From contig JAFAMB010000086.1 in the NCBI GenBank assembly GCA_019233825.1, forward strand, positions 1 through 40,147: a stretch of DNA of 40,147 bases. Direction: 5' to 3'. Below the pieces are notes generated by a model that did no database searches, was not told the origin of the DNA, and saw nothing but the letters and a program-made list of their open reading frames with translations. The translations under genes were made by a program, and so were the position numbers. This DNA comes from Verrucomicrobiota bacterium (GTDB lineage Bacteria; Verrucomicrobiota; Verrucomicrobiia; Chthoniobacterales; JAFAMB01). Positions 25,567-34,562 of this stretch are shown in pieces. How positions within the stretch are numbered: the first letter of the stretch is position 1; every line of letters starts with the position of its first letter.

Positions 25567-26314
25567 ACTTCAACCTCTCTTCGGCCTGGGCTATATACTG
25601 CCGATCCCTGGCGTCGCTCGGTTTGAGCTGTTTGACCTTTAGCCATTCGGCCTTGGCTTCCTGCGTTCTACCCATCGATTCCAGCGCTTTGGCGTACTCG
25701 GCGTGATTTATGATACGCTGGGGGGCAGCGGCAATCGCTGCCCGGAAATATTCAACGGCTTTTTCTTTCGACGCCGGAGGCAATTGACCGTACAAAGCTT
25801 GCGCGATGCCCTTTAGAATGGGATTTAGCGTGGCCATATCGAAATTCCAGCGGGCCAGAATGAGCAAAGCCACGTCATTCTCAGCGTTCAGCTCGACAGC
25901 CTTTTCCGCCTCGGACTTCACCACCTTGGAGTATTCCATTTTGGTCCTGTTATCTACGAAGTCGGTCATCTTTCCATAAGCGATGGAGAGACAGACATGG
26001 GCGTCAGAGCTGCCGGGCGCTTCGCGGACGGCCTTTTTCGCATACTCCAGACACAGATTCGCAAAGTGTAATTTCTCCGATCGAACTTTCACGGCATCGA
26101 TCTTGTCTGAATAATCTTGCGACAATTTAATGAGAACATCGGAATTGTTCGGGCTGATTTTTTCCGCCTGTTTGAGCGCGTCGATTGCGCGATCTGTTTG
26201 TTCCTGTGCATCAAGCTGATCGGCTTTGCGGATCAACGTTGAAACATCCTGGCTTTGTCCAATCGTCGCGAGAAGAATGGAGTAGGTCGCGGCTGTAGTG
26301 AAAAGGAGACGCAT
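25565..26314 (-). CDS. Secreted tetratricopeptide-repeat protein
   Basis: 249 aa with an ATG start and signal peptide MRLLFTTAATYSILLATIGQSQ. It has repeated helical A/Y/L-rich 34-aa-like units. Confidence 0.7.
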   Translation of the reverse strand: MRLLFTTAATYSILLATIGQSQDVSTLIRKADQLDAQEQTDRAIDALKQAEKISPNNSDVLIKLSQDYSDKIDAVKVRSEKLHFANLCLEYAKKAVREAPGSSDAHVCLSIAYGKMTDFVDNRTKMEYSKVVKSEAEKAVELNAENDVALLILARWNFDMATLNPILKGIAQALYGQLPPASKEKAVEYFRAAIAAAPQRIINHAEYAKALESMGRTQEAKAEWLKVKQLKPSDARDRQYIAQAEERLK

Positions 26315-26372
26315 GATCTACGATCGGGGCGGGAAAATCTTTTGCAAGAGACGACGCTTGGATAGAATCCCG

Positions 26373-26401
26373 TTGACAGGCCGAGAGCTTAACCCTAGGT
26401 T
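26373..26401 (+). promoter_or_regulatory. Putative promoter for rplM-rpsI (TTGACA, 17 nt, TAGGTT)
   Basis: A consensus -35 at 26373-26378, a 17-nt spacer, and a TAnnnT -10 at 26396-26401, about 15 nt upstream of the rplM ATG. Confidence 0.3.
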
Positions 26402-26415
26402 GCCGGCTCTTTTTC

Positions 26416-26841
26416 ATGAAGACGTTTTCAGCCAAGGCGAGCGGCATAGAGCGCAAATGGTATATCGTTGATGCGGCAGACCGGTCGCTCGGTCGTGTTG
26501 CCGTGACGGTGGCAAAACTCCTTCGTGGCAAAGGGAAACCAATTTTCACTCCGCATGTTGACACGGGCGATTACGTGGTGGTCATCAACGCCGAAAAAGT
26601 CCGTCTGACCGGAAAAAAGGAAGTTCAGAAGACCTTCATGAGTTTCTCGGGATATGTCGGCGGACACAGGTCGGAGACCGCGCAACAGCGTCGGCAACGC
26701 CGACCGGAGCTCTTGATTGAACATGCGGTCAAAGGTATGATACCGCACAATCGTCTTGGGCGGGCAGTTTTCAGAAAGCTCAAAGTTTACAAGGGCGATC
26801 AGCATCCGCACGAAGCACAGCATCCAATCCCCGTTGACTAA
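26416..26841 (+). CDS. rplM: 50S ribosomal protein L13
   Basis: 141 aa. [47 protein letters not shown] is canonical uL13. Confidence 0.98.
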   Translation: MKTFSAKASGIERKWYIVDAADRSLGRVAVTVAKLLRGKGKPIFTPHVDTGDYVVVINAEKVRLTGKKEVQKTFMSFSGYVGGHRSETAQQRRQRRPELLIEHAVKGMIPHNRLGRAVFRKLKVYKGDQHPHEAQHPIPVD

Positions 26842-26858
26842 TCTTATCCTATAACACT

Positions 26859-27248
26859 ATGTCAGAGATATTTGCCGCCACAGGTCGTCGTAAGACGGCT
26901 GTCGCCCAAGTTCGAATTTCTCGCGGTTCCGGTAAGATCGAAGTGAATGGGCGTGCATTGGAAGAATATTTTCCGACCCCGTCGCTGCAATTCACTGTGT
27001 TGAAGCCGTTCGAGGTGACCAAAACGAGCAACTCTTTCGATGTTAAGGTTAAGACCACCGGGGGAGGAGTCACTGGGCAGGCCGGCGCCGTTCGATTGGC
27101 CATAGCGCGCGCCTTGCTGCAACAGGATGTGGCCATGCGGCCGGCGTTGAAGGAGGAAGGCCTCCTTACCCGCGATCCGAGAATGAGGGAACGTAAGAAA
27201 TCGGGGCAACCCGGTGCGCGTAAGCGGTTCCAGTTCTCAAAACGTTAA
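26859..27248 (+). CDS. rpsI: 30S ribosomal protein S9
   Basis: 129 aa. It has [19 protein letters not shown] and the C-terminal [28 protein letters not shown]. Confidence 0.98.
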   Translation: MSEIFAATGRRKTAVAQVRISRGSGKIEVNGRALEEYFPTPSLQFTVLKPFEVTKTSNSFDVKVKTTGGGVTGQAGAVRLAIARALLQQDVAMRPALKEEGLLTRDPRMRERKKSGQPGARKRFQFSKR

Positions 27249-27298
27249 GCGCAGGCTAGTTGCTTTCCGGGCGCCACCTCGGTAGCTTGGAAACAAAG

Positions 27299-28195
27299 AT
27301 GTCTTGTTCAAAGATAGATCCGTCGTTGCACCAGGCTAAGAAGCCCGAGTGGATCAAGGTCCGGCTGCCTTCGAGTCCCATTTTTTTTTCCACCAAAGCG
27401 CTGATCTCGGATCTGCGGCTACACACCGTTTGCGAGTCTGCCCAGTGTCCGAATCGATGGGAGTGCTGGAGCCAGGGTACCGCTACGTTCATGATAGCCG
27501 GTGAGCGATGTACCCGGGCGTGTGGTTTTTGTGCGGTCTCCACCGCTAAGCCTTTTGCCTTGGAAGTGGATGAACCAGCACGGGTAGCCGAAGCGATCCG
27601 CCGAATGAGGTTGAAGCACGTCGTAATCACGGCGGTCGCACGCGACGATCTGGCAGACGGGGGAGCGAATCACTTTGCAGAAACTATTCGTGCGATCAGG
27701 GAAATTGATCCCGAAATTGTGATCGAAGTTCTGACTCCGGATTTTAATGGGAGAGAATACTCTCTCCGGCTCGTCTTGGAGGCGCGGCCTGACATATTTA
27801 ATCATAACTTGGAAACCGTGGAGCGCCTGACACCTGTCGTACGGTCTCGAGCAAAGTATCGGCGATCCCTGGACGTGCTACGACAAGCGAAGCAGCTGGA
27901 TCCTGGCGTAGTGACGAAAAGCGGAATGATGCTTGGGCTAGGGGAGACAAAGGCGGAACTATGTCAGGCGATGGATGATTTGCGCGAGGCGGATGCGCAG
28001 GTTTTGACGCTTGGTCAATATTTGAGGCCGACTCCGCATCATCTGCCTGTGCTCGAGTACATCCGACCGGAGGTGTTCGAGCTCTATAAAGAGATCGCGG
28101 AGCAAAAGGGGTTTGAGTATGTAGCTTCCGGGCCGCTGGTTAGAAGCTCTTATCACGCCGCTGATTATCATCCGAGCCGAAAACGCCGGGAGTGA
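27299..28195 (+). CDS. lipA: Lipoyl synthase (radical SAM)
   Basis: It has the CESAQCPN.WEC auxiliary cluster motif and the radical-SAM motif CTRACGFCAV. I prefer the ATG at 27299 (the track ORF starts at 27260). The final residues RKRRE are read from the repeat arm. Confidence 0.95.
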   Translation: MSCSKIDPSLHQAKKPEWIKVRLPSSPIFFSTKALISDLRLHTVCESAQCPNRWECWSQGTATFMIAGERCTRACGFCAVSTAKPFALEVDEPARVAEAIRRMRLKHVVITAVARDDLADGGANHFAETIRAIREIDPEIVIEVLTPDFNGREYSLRLVLEARPDIFNHNLETVERLTPVVRSRAKYRRSLDVLRQAKQLDPGVVTKSGMMLGLGETKAELCQAMDDLREADAQVLTLGQYLRPTPHHLPVLEYIRPEVFELYKEIAEQKGFEYVASGPLVRSSYHAADYHPSRKRRE

Positions 28196-28313
28196 AAACG
28201 CCGGGAGCCCCGGAAACGCCGAGAACGATAGGAGCGCTCTGAAAAGCCCGACCACAGGCGCCTCAGCGATCCGGGCGTTCTCGGCGTTTCCGGGCGTTTT
28301 CGGCGTTCTCCCC
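28177..28313. repeat. Inverted tandem 9-mer array of the GARAACGCC family: left arm 28177-28227, right arm 28271-28313
   Basis: CCGGAAACGCCGAGAACG (28210-28227) is the reverse complement of part of the right arm CCGGGCGTTCTCGGCGTTTCCGGGCGTTTTCGGCGTTCTCCCC. It spans the whole gap between convergent lipA and the 28315 gene. Confidence 0.9.
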
Positions 28314-28314
28314 A

Positions 28315-28809
28315 TCAGTGCGAAGTCGTTCCGCTCGCCGGTTTCGGGGTGGGGAATTCCTTCTTCAACGTCTCAATAATGGCTGCAATGCCAATCTGCC
28401 GCTTTTCCTGGATCTCATGTGCGAGCTGCTCCTCCAGACGGCGTCTCTCCTGCAGGTAACGCTTGCGAAACATCGCACGCTGTTCGTCGTTAAGCTGCAG
28501 TCCAGATTTCTGATAGGCCTCATTGATCGAAGCCTCCTGTTTCTGTCGTTGCACGCGCTCCCTTTGGCGCAACACTTCGCGCTCGTCTTGACTGAGCTCC
28601 TGCCAGCGAAGGAGATTGAGAAGAACTTTCTCCTGTTGTTCCGGTGAGAGCTGGTCAAAAGCTCTGCGCAACAGTTCGAACCGAGAAGGGCTAGTTGAGG
28701 GGGATGCCTGCGGTGCTGCCGAAGAGGTCGGCGAGGAGGACGCGAGCTGGGCCTGACTCTCCGCGACTGAGAAAACTATGAGAGTCAATGAGACGAAGAA
28801 TCTAACCAT
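28315..28809 (-). CDS. Secreted coiled, charged protein (DUF3106-like)
   Basis: It has signal peptide MVRFFVSLTLIVFSVAESQAQ, an S/P/A-rich linker, then LSPEQQEKVLLNLLRWQELSQDEREVLRQRER and LNDEQRAMFRKRY repeats. Confidence 0.55.
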   Translation of the reverse strand: MVRFFVSLTLIVFSVAESQAQLASSSPTSSAAPQASPSTSPSRFELLRRAFDQLSPEQQEKVLLNLLRWQELSQDEREVLRQRERVQRQKQEASINEAYQKSGLQLNDEQRAMFRKRYLQERRRLEEQLAHEIQEKRQIGIAAIIETLKKEFPTPKPASGTTSH

Positions 28810-29129
28810 ACGGAAGATTCCTCGGAGGAAAGCGCAGAATCCAGGTCGGCTATCAACTCGAGGTCGCTTTGCTCATTCTGTGTGACAATCACTGGTTTAG
28901 ACTCAGTCTTGTGTTCCACGCGAACACTGAAAACGGTCAGAAAGACCGCCAGAGCGCCTGCGACCGCTCCAGGTAGACCAAATCGCAGCCAATTCGCCCA
29001 AAACATCCGCCGATCCTCTTTCAGCTTGCGGACCGAAGCGACTACCTTGGCGGCAAAAAAATGGGAAGGCTCGTTGATCTTCGCCCTCCCAAGCAGGCCC
29101 CAAAGGTCATCCCGTTCTGGATCGTTCAT
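28785..29129 (-). CDS. Small single-pass membrane protein (anti-sigma-factor-like topology)
   Basis: 114 aa with an ATG start and a central TM segment (LRFGLPGAVAGALAVFLTVFSV). It overlaps the downstream gene by 25 nt. No ECF sigma gene is adjacent. Confidence 0.45.
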   Translation of the reverse strand: MNDPERDDLWGLLGRAKINEPSHFFAAKVVASVRKLKEDRRMFWANWLRFGLPGAVAGALAVFLTVFSVRVEHKTESKPVIVTQNEQSDLELIADLDSALSSEESSVWLDSSSH

Positions 29130-29246
29130 TACGTTGAATTGAACACGACAGATTGCCTAAAGTTTCACTCGGACCAACCGCCGGTTTCTTTAGACTTATT
29201 TTCGAAGCACACAATCAGTACAACGCAACGAAGAAATCCTCAAGGT

Positions 29247-29351
29247 GGTTTTGGGTTTTACGTTTTGAGTGGCGCCGAGACAGACGAAAACTTATCGGCT
29301 CCAAACGAACGTTGAGCCCTACGCAAAACCCAAGACTCAAAACTCCAACCC
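29247..29351. repeat. Opposed G/T-rich (GGTTTTGGGTTTTACGTTTTGAGTGG, 29247-29272) and C/A-rich (GCAAAACCCAAGACTCAAAACTCCAACCC, 29323-29351) oligomer runs directly after the rpoD stop
   Basis: It belongs to the same GAGTTTTG/GGTTTTGG unit family as 38417-38518. The arms are complementary in composition, but only short (8-9 bp) collinear stems can form. Confidence 0.7.
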
Positions 29352-31205
29352 TTACTCTCCCGCTTCGAGGAAGCCTTCGAGTTGCCGGATCCTCGTCGGA
29401 TGTCGCATTTTACGAAGGGCTTTGGCTTCGATTTGCCTGATCCGCTCTCGGGTGACCCGGAATTGGCGTCCGACCTCTTCGAGCGTCCGGCTGTACCCGT
29501 CAACGAGACCGAACCGCTGTTCGAGCACCTGCCGTTCGCGCTCAGTTAAAGTATCCAAAACGTCTCGAATCTTTTCCCGCAGGAGCACGATCGCAGTCAT
29601 GTCGCTTGGATTCTCAGCTCCCTTGTCCTCGATGAAATCCCCGAAGCTGGTATCATCGCTGTCGCCAACCGGGCTTTGGAGAGAAATGGGCTGCTGGGCC
29701 ATCTTCAGGACAGCGCGCACTCGCTCGACCGGTAGCTGGATCTCTTCGGCTACCTCTTCAGGAATAGGTTCGCGCCCGTATTCCTGGACCAGCTGTTTTT
29801 GCACCCGCATCAGCTTATTGATCGTTTCGATCATGTGGACCGGGATGCGGATTGTACGAGCTTGATCGGCTATCGATCGGGTGATCGCCTGGCGAATCCA
29901 CCAGGTGGCGTAAGTAGAGAATTTGTAACCGCGCCTGTACTCGAATTTCTCGACGGCTTTCATGAGGCCCATGTTGCCTTCCTGGATCAAATCGAGAAAC
30001 GACAGACCGCGATTCGTATATTTCTTCGCGATCGAAATCACCAGGCGGAGGTTCGCCTCCACCATCTCCGTCTTCGCCCGGAGTGCCCTTTTGAGCCAAT
30101 CTCTCAGATCGCAATGTTGACGCGCAAAATCGTCGGGCTTCAGCCAGAGTTTGTATTCGAGTTCGCGGAGACGATTCTTGAATTCGGCTAATCGCTCGCG
30201 GCCCCCGCTTGGTCCCTGCTCGGCGCGAGCAATTTCGTTCTGCAGATTGATTAGAATTCGCAAATAGTCGTCCGCCAGTTGTACAAACTCTTCCGTTACC
30301 TTCTGTTTGAAGTAGAATTTCGCGTAAAGCTTCATCAAGGAGTTGTGCGCCTTCTGGAATTCCAACTTGGTGGAGGATTCTTTTCCCGTGCCACGCGCGT
30401 CGACGAGCCTGCGGTAGAGCGTGGCGACGTCGCTGCTAGTCCGCTCAATATGCGAACAAAGTTTCGGAAGCCCTTTCATGTAGCGTTCGCGGCTTTCGAT
30501 CTTCTTATCAAGAATGACGCGGTCGAACCTTTCGCGCCCCTCGATCAGTTTCTGAGCCAGGTCTAGATGAGCTTTCGAAGTAAAGCCAAACCGATTGATA
30601 AATCTCTGTACCATCAACTCGGCATCTTCGATCCGTTTTGAGATTTCGACTTCCTGTTCGCGCGTTAAAAGGGGCACTTGGCCCATCTGCTTCAGATACA
30701 TCCGCACCGGGTCATCGAGGATATCGAGCTTTTGATCCTTTTCCTCCTCCTCGTCGTCGATGTCCTTCTTGCCGTCTTTGTAGCGATCGACTTCGGACGC
30801 ATCGATAATGTCGACCTCCATCGACCGCAACCGGCTGATGAGCTGCTCCATTTCCTCCGGATCAGCCATGTTTTCCGGTAACGCTTCGTTGATATCATCG
30901 TAGGTGACGTATCCCTGTTCCTTGGCCAGCTTTACCATGTCGCGGACTCGCTCCTGGAGATCGAGGGCCGGATCGAGCGGGGAAAGCCTCGACCCGTGCG
31001 CGGAGTGTCCGTTCGCCGACACTAAGGAAATATGCGAATCCAGAGACGGTTCGGGCGGCGGCTTATCTTTGCGCTCCGGCGGCGAGGCCTTGATGTTTGA
31101 AGACTTCGTTTTGCGACTGAGCCTCCTAGCTTTCTTCTCCTCCGTGGTGGCTTTCGATTTGGCAGTCTTCGATTTGGCTGAATTTTGAGATGTAAGCTTT
31201 GCCAT
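29352..31205 (-). CDS. rpoD: RNA polymerase primary sigma factor (sigma-70)
   Basis: Regions 1.2-4.2 are present, including [54 protein letters not shown] and [30 protein letters not shown]. The ATG is at 31205 (the track GTG is at 31211). Confidence 0.97.
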   Translation of the reverse strand: MAKLTSQNSAKSKTAKSKATTEEKKARRLSRKTKSSNIKASPPERKDKPPPEPSLDSHISLVSANGHSAHGSRLSPLDPALDLQERVRDMVKLAKEQGYVTYDDINEALPENMADPEEMEQLISRLRSMEVDIIDASEVDRYKDGKKDIDDEEEEKDQKLDILDDPVRMYLKQMGQVPLLTREQEVEISKRIEDAELMVQRFINRFGFTSKAHLDLAQKLIEGRERFDRVILDKKIESRERYMKGLPKLCSHIERTSSDVATLYRRLVDARGTGKESSTKLEFQKAHNSLMKLYAKFYFKQKVTEEFVQLADDYLRILINLQNEIARAEQGPSGGRERLAEFKNRLRELEYKLWLKPDDFARQHCDLRDWLKRALRAKTEMVEANLRLVISIAKKYTNRGLSFLDLIQEGNMGLMKAVEKFEYRRGYKFSTYATWWIRQAITRSIADQARTIRIPVHMIETINKLMRVQKQLVQEYGREPIPEEVAEEIQLPVERVRAVLKMAQQPISLQSPVGDSDDTSFGDFIEDKGAENPSDMTAIVLLREKIRDVLDTLTERERQVLEQRFGLVDGYSRTLEEVGRQFRVTRERIRQIEAKALRKMRHPTRIRQLEGFLEAGE

Positions 31206-31282
31206 ATCCACCTACGAATGCATTCGCTATGGGTCCGACAGAGGGGATGAGAAGAAAGTTTTATCCCATGAAGACAATTTAC

Positions 31283-33091
31283 TCAGTGTTCCTGGCTCGG
31301 AAGTCGCGAAATATCTGTGAACCGAGATTCCAGGTCAAGGATTTCTTTGAGTTCAACATTCGCCTGTTCGTAGGCGACGAGATCGTCCGAAGCGAGCCGG
31401 CGGATATTCTCCAACTGCCGCCGCCTGCGTTGGAGTTCGGCGGCGGCCAACTGCGTCCAGAACACCTCGCCCATGAGTTCGTTCAACTCTTTATTGGCCA
31501 GGATGAGAGTAAGCGCGGAGGCTCCAGATCTCGGCAACGACGCAAAAAAGCCGGCGATACTCGCCGGTTCATTCGGCTGCAACTTCGATTCAAGGATTTT
31601 TGATAGCAATTCTGCGCCCTCCACGTGTCTCAGGATAGCCTTCCAAGGCTGTTGCTGAATTCTGTTCAACAAATCGGGCACAACCAGAGCGGCTTTGCAA
31701 ATGACCGCCAAGTCATGGCGTAGCATTGGCGGGGAATTCGCAGGAACTTCTTCTGCGGGTGTTCTGCCTGGTGAATGCCTGGCCCGCGTACGAATCATCT
31801 GCTGGAGCGCGTCGCGCGGAATCGTGAGACGAGTCGCCAGCCGGCTGATGAGCGTCTCCCTCAGAACAGGGTCGGGCACAACACTAACATATTGTGACAT
31901 CTTTCGTGCGAACGCGACCCTGCCAGCGGTTGTTTTCGATTCTGCTGTAGTCATGTTTCGATTCATTTGGAAATCGAAAAAATCCTCTGCGTTATCGACT
32001 CGCGCGCGGAATGCGTCGCCACCCAGCTTGCGTATTAATGAGTCGGGGTCCTCACCTGCGGGCAGTTCGCCGAGCCTGACCTGGAGTCCGGCACCAAAGA
32101 GAACTTCAAGCGCGCGCTCGGCTGCTTTCTGACCGGAGGGATCCGCATCAAAAAACAGAATAACCTCATCCGCAAATCGGCGAAGCAAAGCCGCCTGTCG
32201 CTCGGTCAACGCCGTGCCCTGTGGAGCAACCACATTCTGGATTCCAGCTTCAAAGCTTGTGATCAAATCCAGTTGCCCCTCGAGTACGATCGCTTGACGT
32301 GCGTTCGCGACGAACCGCTTTGACTGATTGAGCCCAAATAGGATACTCCCCTTCGAAAAAAGCGGTGTTTCGGGTGAGTTCACATACTTCCCACCCATCG
32401 CCTCGGGATGCAGGATCCGTCCGCTAAATGCAATCACTTCTCCGATGTCGTTGTTAATCGGAAACATCAGTCGGTCACGGAACCGGTCGTAAATACTCGA
32501 CCGGGGATTTCCCTCTTCGCGCAGCTTCACTAGCCCGCTCTCGACAAGTTCCTCTTTGGTGAAACCGGCTCGGTTCGCCCAGGACACCAAGGCATCCCAG
32601 GCGTTGGGCGAATACCCGATCTGCCAACGCTTTGCCATTTCAATATTGATTCCCCGGCCTTGCAAATAGGAGCGGGCATGCGTGGCCGCTCGGGTACGAA
32701 GCAAATTACTGTGAAACCAGGCAGCGGCCTCGAAATGGAGCCGCAGCAACCGTTTTCTCAGGCTCTGTTTTGCTTCTTCTTCGGCGTCAATTTCATCTTC
32801 GATGATTGGGATCCCAGCCCGCGCCGCGAGACGACGCACAGCTTCCGGAAATTCAATATTCTCATATTGCATCAAGAACTGGAATACAGCGCCCCCGGCG
32901 CCGCAGCCGTGGCAATAGTAGGATTGCTTTGAGGGATTGACGAAGAAGGAGGGCGTTTTTTCCTGGTGGAACGGGCAGATCGCACGGAACTCTGTCCCGG
33001 CGCGCTTGAGCGGAAAGTAGCTGCCAATGATCTCCACTATGTCCGAGGCGGCAGCCACCTGTTCAACTGTCTCTTGAGCGATGCGCGGCAC
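31283..33091 (-). CDS. dnaG: DNA primase
   Basis: 602 aa. It has the zinc ribbon CPFHQEKTPSFFVNPSKQSYYCHGCGAGG and TOPRIM blocks (VLEGQLDLI, FDADPSGQKAA). It has a GTG start. The dnaG-rpoD order is the classical one. Confidence 0.96.
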   Translation of the reverse strand: MPRIAQETVEQVAAASDIVEIIGSYFPLKRAGTEFRAICPFHQEKTPSFFVNPSKQSYYCHGCGAGGAVFQFLMQYENIEFPEAVRRLAARAGIPIIEDEIDAEEEAKQSLRKRLLRLHFEAAAWFHSNLLRTRAATHARSYLQGRGINIEMAKRWQIGYSPNAWDALVSWANRAGFTKEELVESGLVKLREEGNPRSSIYDRFRDRLMFPINNDIGEVIAFSGRILHPEAMGGKYVNSPETPLFSKGSILFGLNQSKRFVANARQAIVLEGQLDLITSFEAGIQNVVAPQGTALTERQAALLRRFADEVILFFDADPSGQKAAERALEVLFGAGLQVRLGELPAGEDPDSLIRKLGGDAFRARVDNAEDFFDFQMNRNMTTAESKTTAGRVAFARKMSQYVSVVPDPVLRETLISRLATRLTIPRDALQQMIRTRARHSPGRTPAEEVPANSPPMLRHDLAVICKAALVVPDLLNRIQQQPWKAILRHVEGAELLSKILESKLQPNEPASIAGFFASLPRSGASALTLILANKELNELMGEVFWTQLAAAELQRRRRQLENIRRLASDDLVAYEQANVELKEILDLESRFTDISRLPSQEH

Positions 33092-33096
33092 AGAAT

Positions 33097-33140
33097 GGAG
33101 GTTTGGAGTTCGGGCTTTGGAGTTCGGAGTTCGGAGTTGG
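33097..33140. repeat. One-armed tandem GGAGTTCG-type array, 6 nt upstream of the dnaG start
   Basis: GGAGGTTTGGAGTTCGGGCTTTGGAGTTCGGAGTTCGGAGTTGG. It is related to the CAGGAGTT units at 7533-7597. Confidence 0.8.
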
Positions 33141-33227
33141 TAGGGTCGCGCTCCCGCGCGACCGGCGTTGAGTCGATCCCAAGCTGTTTAGAGGGCAACG
33201 CCGGTCGCGCGGGAGCGCGGCCCTACC
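33139..33227. repeat. 32-bp hairpin (31 of 32 paired) with a 25-nt loop downstream of thiS; a possible terminator or insulator
   Basis: GGTAGGGTCGCGCTCCCGCGCGACCGGCGTTG (33139-33170) pairs with CAACGCCGGTCGCGCGGGAGCGCGGCCCTACC (33196-33227). The arm equals the core of 16-39 plus an 8-nt insert (CTCCCGCG). No U-tract follows. Confidence 0.9.
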
Positions 33228-33238
33228 GTCGGCGGCGC

Positions 33239-33439
33239 TTAGCCGCCGGCCGACAGGCGGACGATCTCGATGGCGTCACCCTCTACGAGTTTGGTGAAGG
33301 CAAAATCGGTGCGCGGTACAGCGTTACCATTCCGCTCGACCAGAACAAGTTTCTCCGTTAGCTGCAGCGAACCGAGCAGATCCGATACGGTTGCGACAGC
33401 GGTAATCTCGCGCAGTTCTCCGTTCAGGGTAAGCCTCAT
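33239..33439 (-). CDS. thiS: Sulfur carrier protein ThiS
   Basis: 66 aa from the ATG at 33439 (MRLTLNGE...). It is ubiquitin-like in length and ends in the obligatory GG. The ATGA start overlaps the thiH stop. Confidence 0.85.
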   Translation of the reverse strand: MRLTLNGELREITAVATVSDLLGSLQLTEKLVLVERNGNAVPRTDFAFTKLVEGDAIEIVRLSAGG

Positions 33440-34551
33440 ACCGCAAGAATTGCTGAATCCCAATCTTTCCAGACAGGGTCGAGACCGTGGGAGCGGAGCG
33501 CCGCGGCGACCTCATGCGGAGAACGGCTGTCTTCGATCTCAAATTGGCCGTCCGCCTTGGAACTGCCGCAGTTCGTCCGCGTCACGCGGCCTTTCACCGT
33601 CAAATGCAGCGCATGTGCTCCTTGTCCAGTGTAGCCGCCTGGTTCAGTGCGACTTCCGGCGCTCATCATCGTGACACCAAGAGGCATCAACAGGTCCCTG
33701 AAGCCGGCCGATTCCCGCGTGCTCAGGACGATGCCGACCTGAGGAAACGTGATCCGCAGGGCGCACAAGACCTGCAGCAGATCGCGGTCTGAGAACGAGA
33801 ACCGAGGATGGAATTCCCCGGCTGCCGGCCGAATCCGAGGCAGGCTCACGGTAAGCTGCGAGCGCCAGCATTTCTTGAGGAGATATTCGAGATGTTCCGC
33901 CAAGGCGATTGCATCCGAGCGCCATTCAGCAAGTCCGAACAAGGCACCTATACCGATACGCCGAAACCCGGCTGTGTAGGCGCGTTCGGGAGTCTCGAGT
34001 CGCCAATTGAAATTCCGTTTCGGTCCGGCGGTGTGGAGTTCGGCATAGATTTTACGGTCATAGGTTTCCTGATACACGACGAGGCCTTCGGCGCCCGCCG
34101 CCACCAGTGGCCGGTAATCTTCGACCTCCATGGGAGCAACCTCAAGCGACACGGATGGCACGAATGCAACTAACCGGCGAACAACGTCCCGAAGATAGCC
34201 GTTCGAGACAAACTTCGGATGTTCTCCAGATACCAGGAGAAGATTGCGGAAGCCCTGTTGGACCAGATATTTTGCCTCCGCCTCGACTTCGTCCACAGAC
34301 AAAGTGACTCGTAGAATCGGGTTATCTCGAGAAAACCCGCAGTACTGGCAGTTGTTGATGCACTCGCTGGACAGGTACAGCGGCGCAAACAAGCGCATGG
34401 TCCGACCAAAAAACCGGCGCGTGATCAATTGCGATTGGTGGGCCAGTCGGGCCAGCACGACGTCCTCAATCGGGTCCAGCAGTGCAGCGAACTGTGCAAT
34501 TGTTCGACTCCTGGGCCTGTCGGGCGAGCTAAACAACCGGGCAAACGTCAT
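33436..34551 (-). CDS. thiH: 2-iminoacetate synthase ThiH (radical SAM tyrosine lyase)
   Basis: 371 aa. FAPLYLSSECINNCQYCGFSRDN contains the CxxxCxxC motif in a ThiH-like context, followed by LLLVSGEHP. It is adjacent to thiS. Confidence 0.88.
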   Translation of the reverse strand: MTFARLFSSPDRPRSRTIAQFAALLDPIEDVVLARLAHQSQLITRRFFGRTMRLFAPLYLSSECINNCQYCGFSRDNPILRVTLSVDEVEAEAKYLVQQGFRNLLLVSGEHPKFVSNGYLRDVVRRLVAFVPSVSLEVAPMEVEDYRPLVAAGAEGLVVYQETYDRKIYAELHTAGPKRNFNWRLETPERAYTAGFRRIGIGALFGLAEWRSDAIALAEHLEYLLKKCWRSQLTVSLPRIRPAAGEFHPRFSFSDRDLLQVLCALRITFPQVGIVLSTRESAGFRDLLMPLGVTMMSAGSRTEPGGYTGQGAHALHLTVKGRVTRTNCGSSKADGQFEIEDSRSPHEVAAALRSHGLDPVWKDWDSAILAV

Positions 34552-34562
34552 ACCAGGAACCC

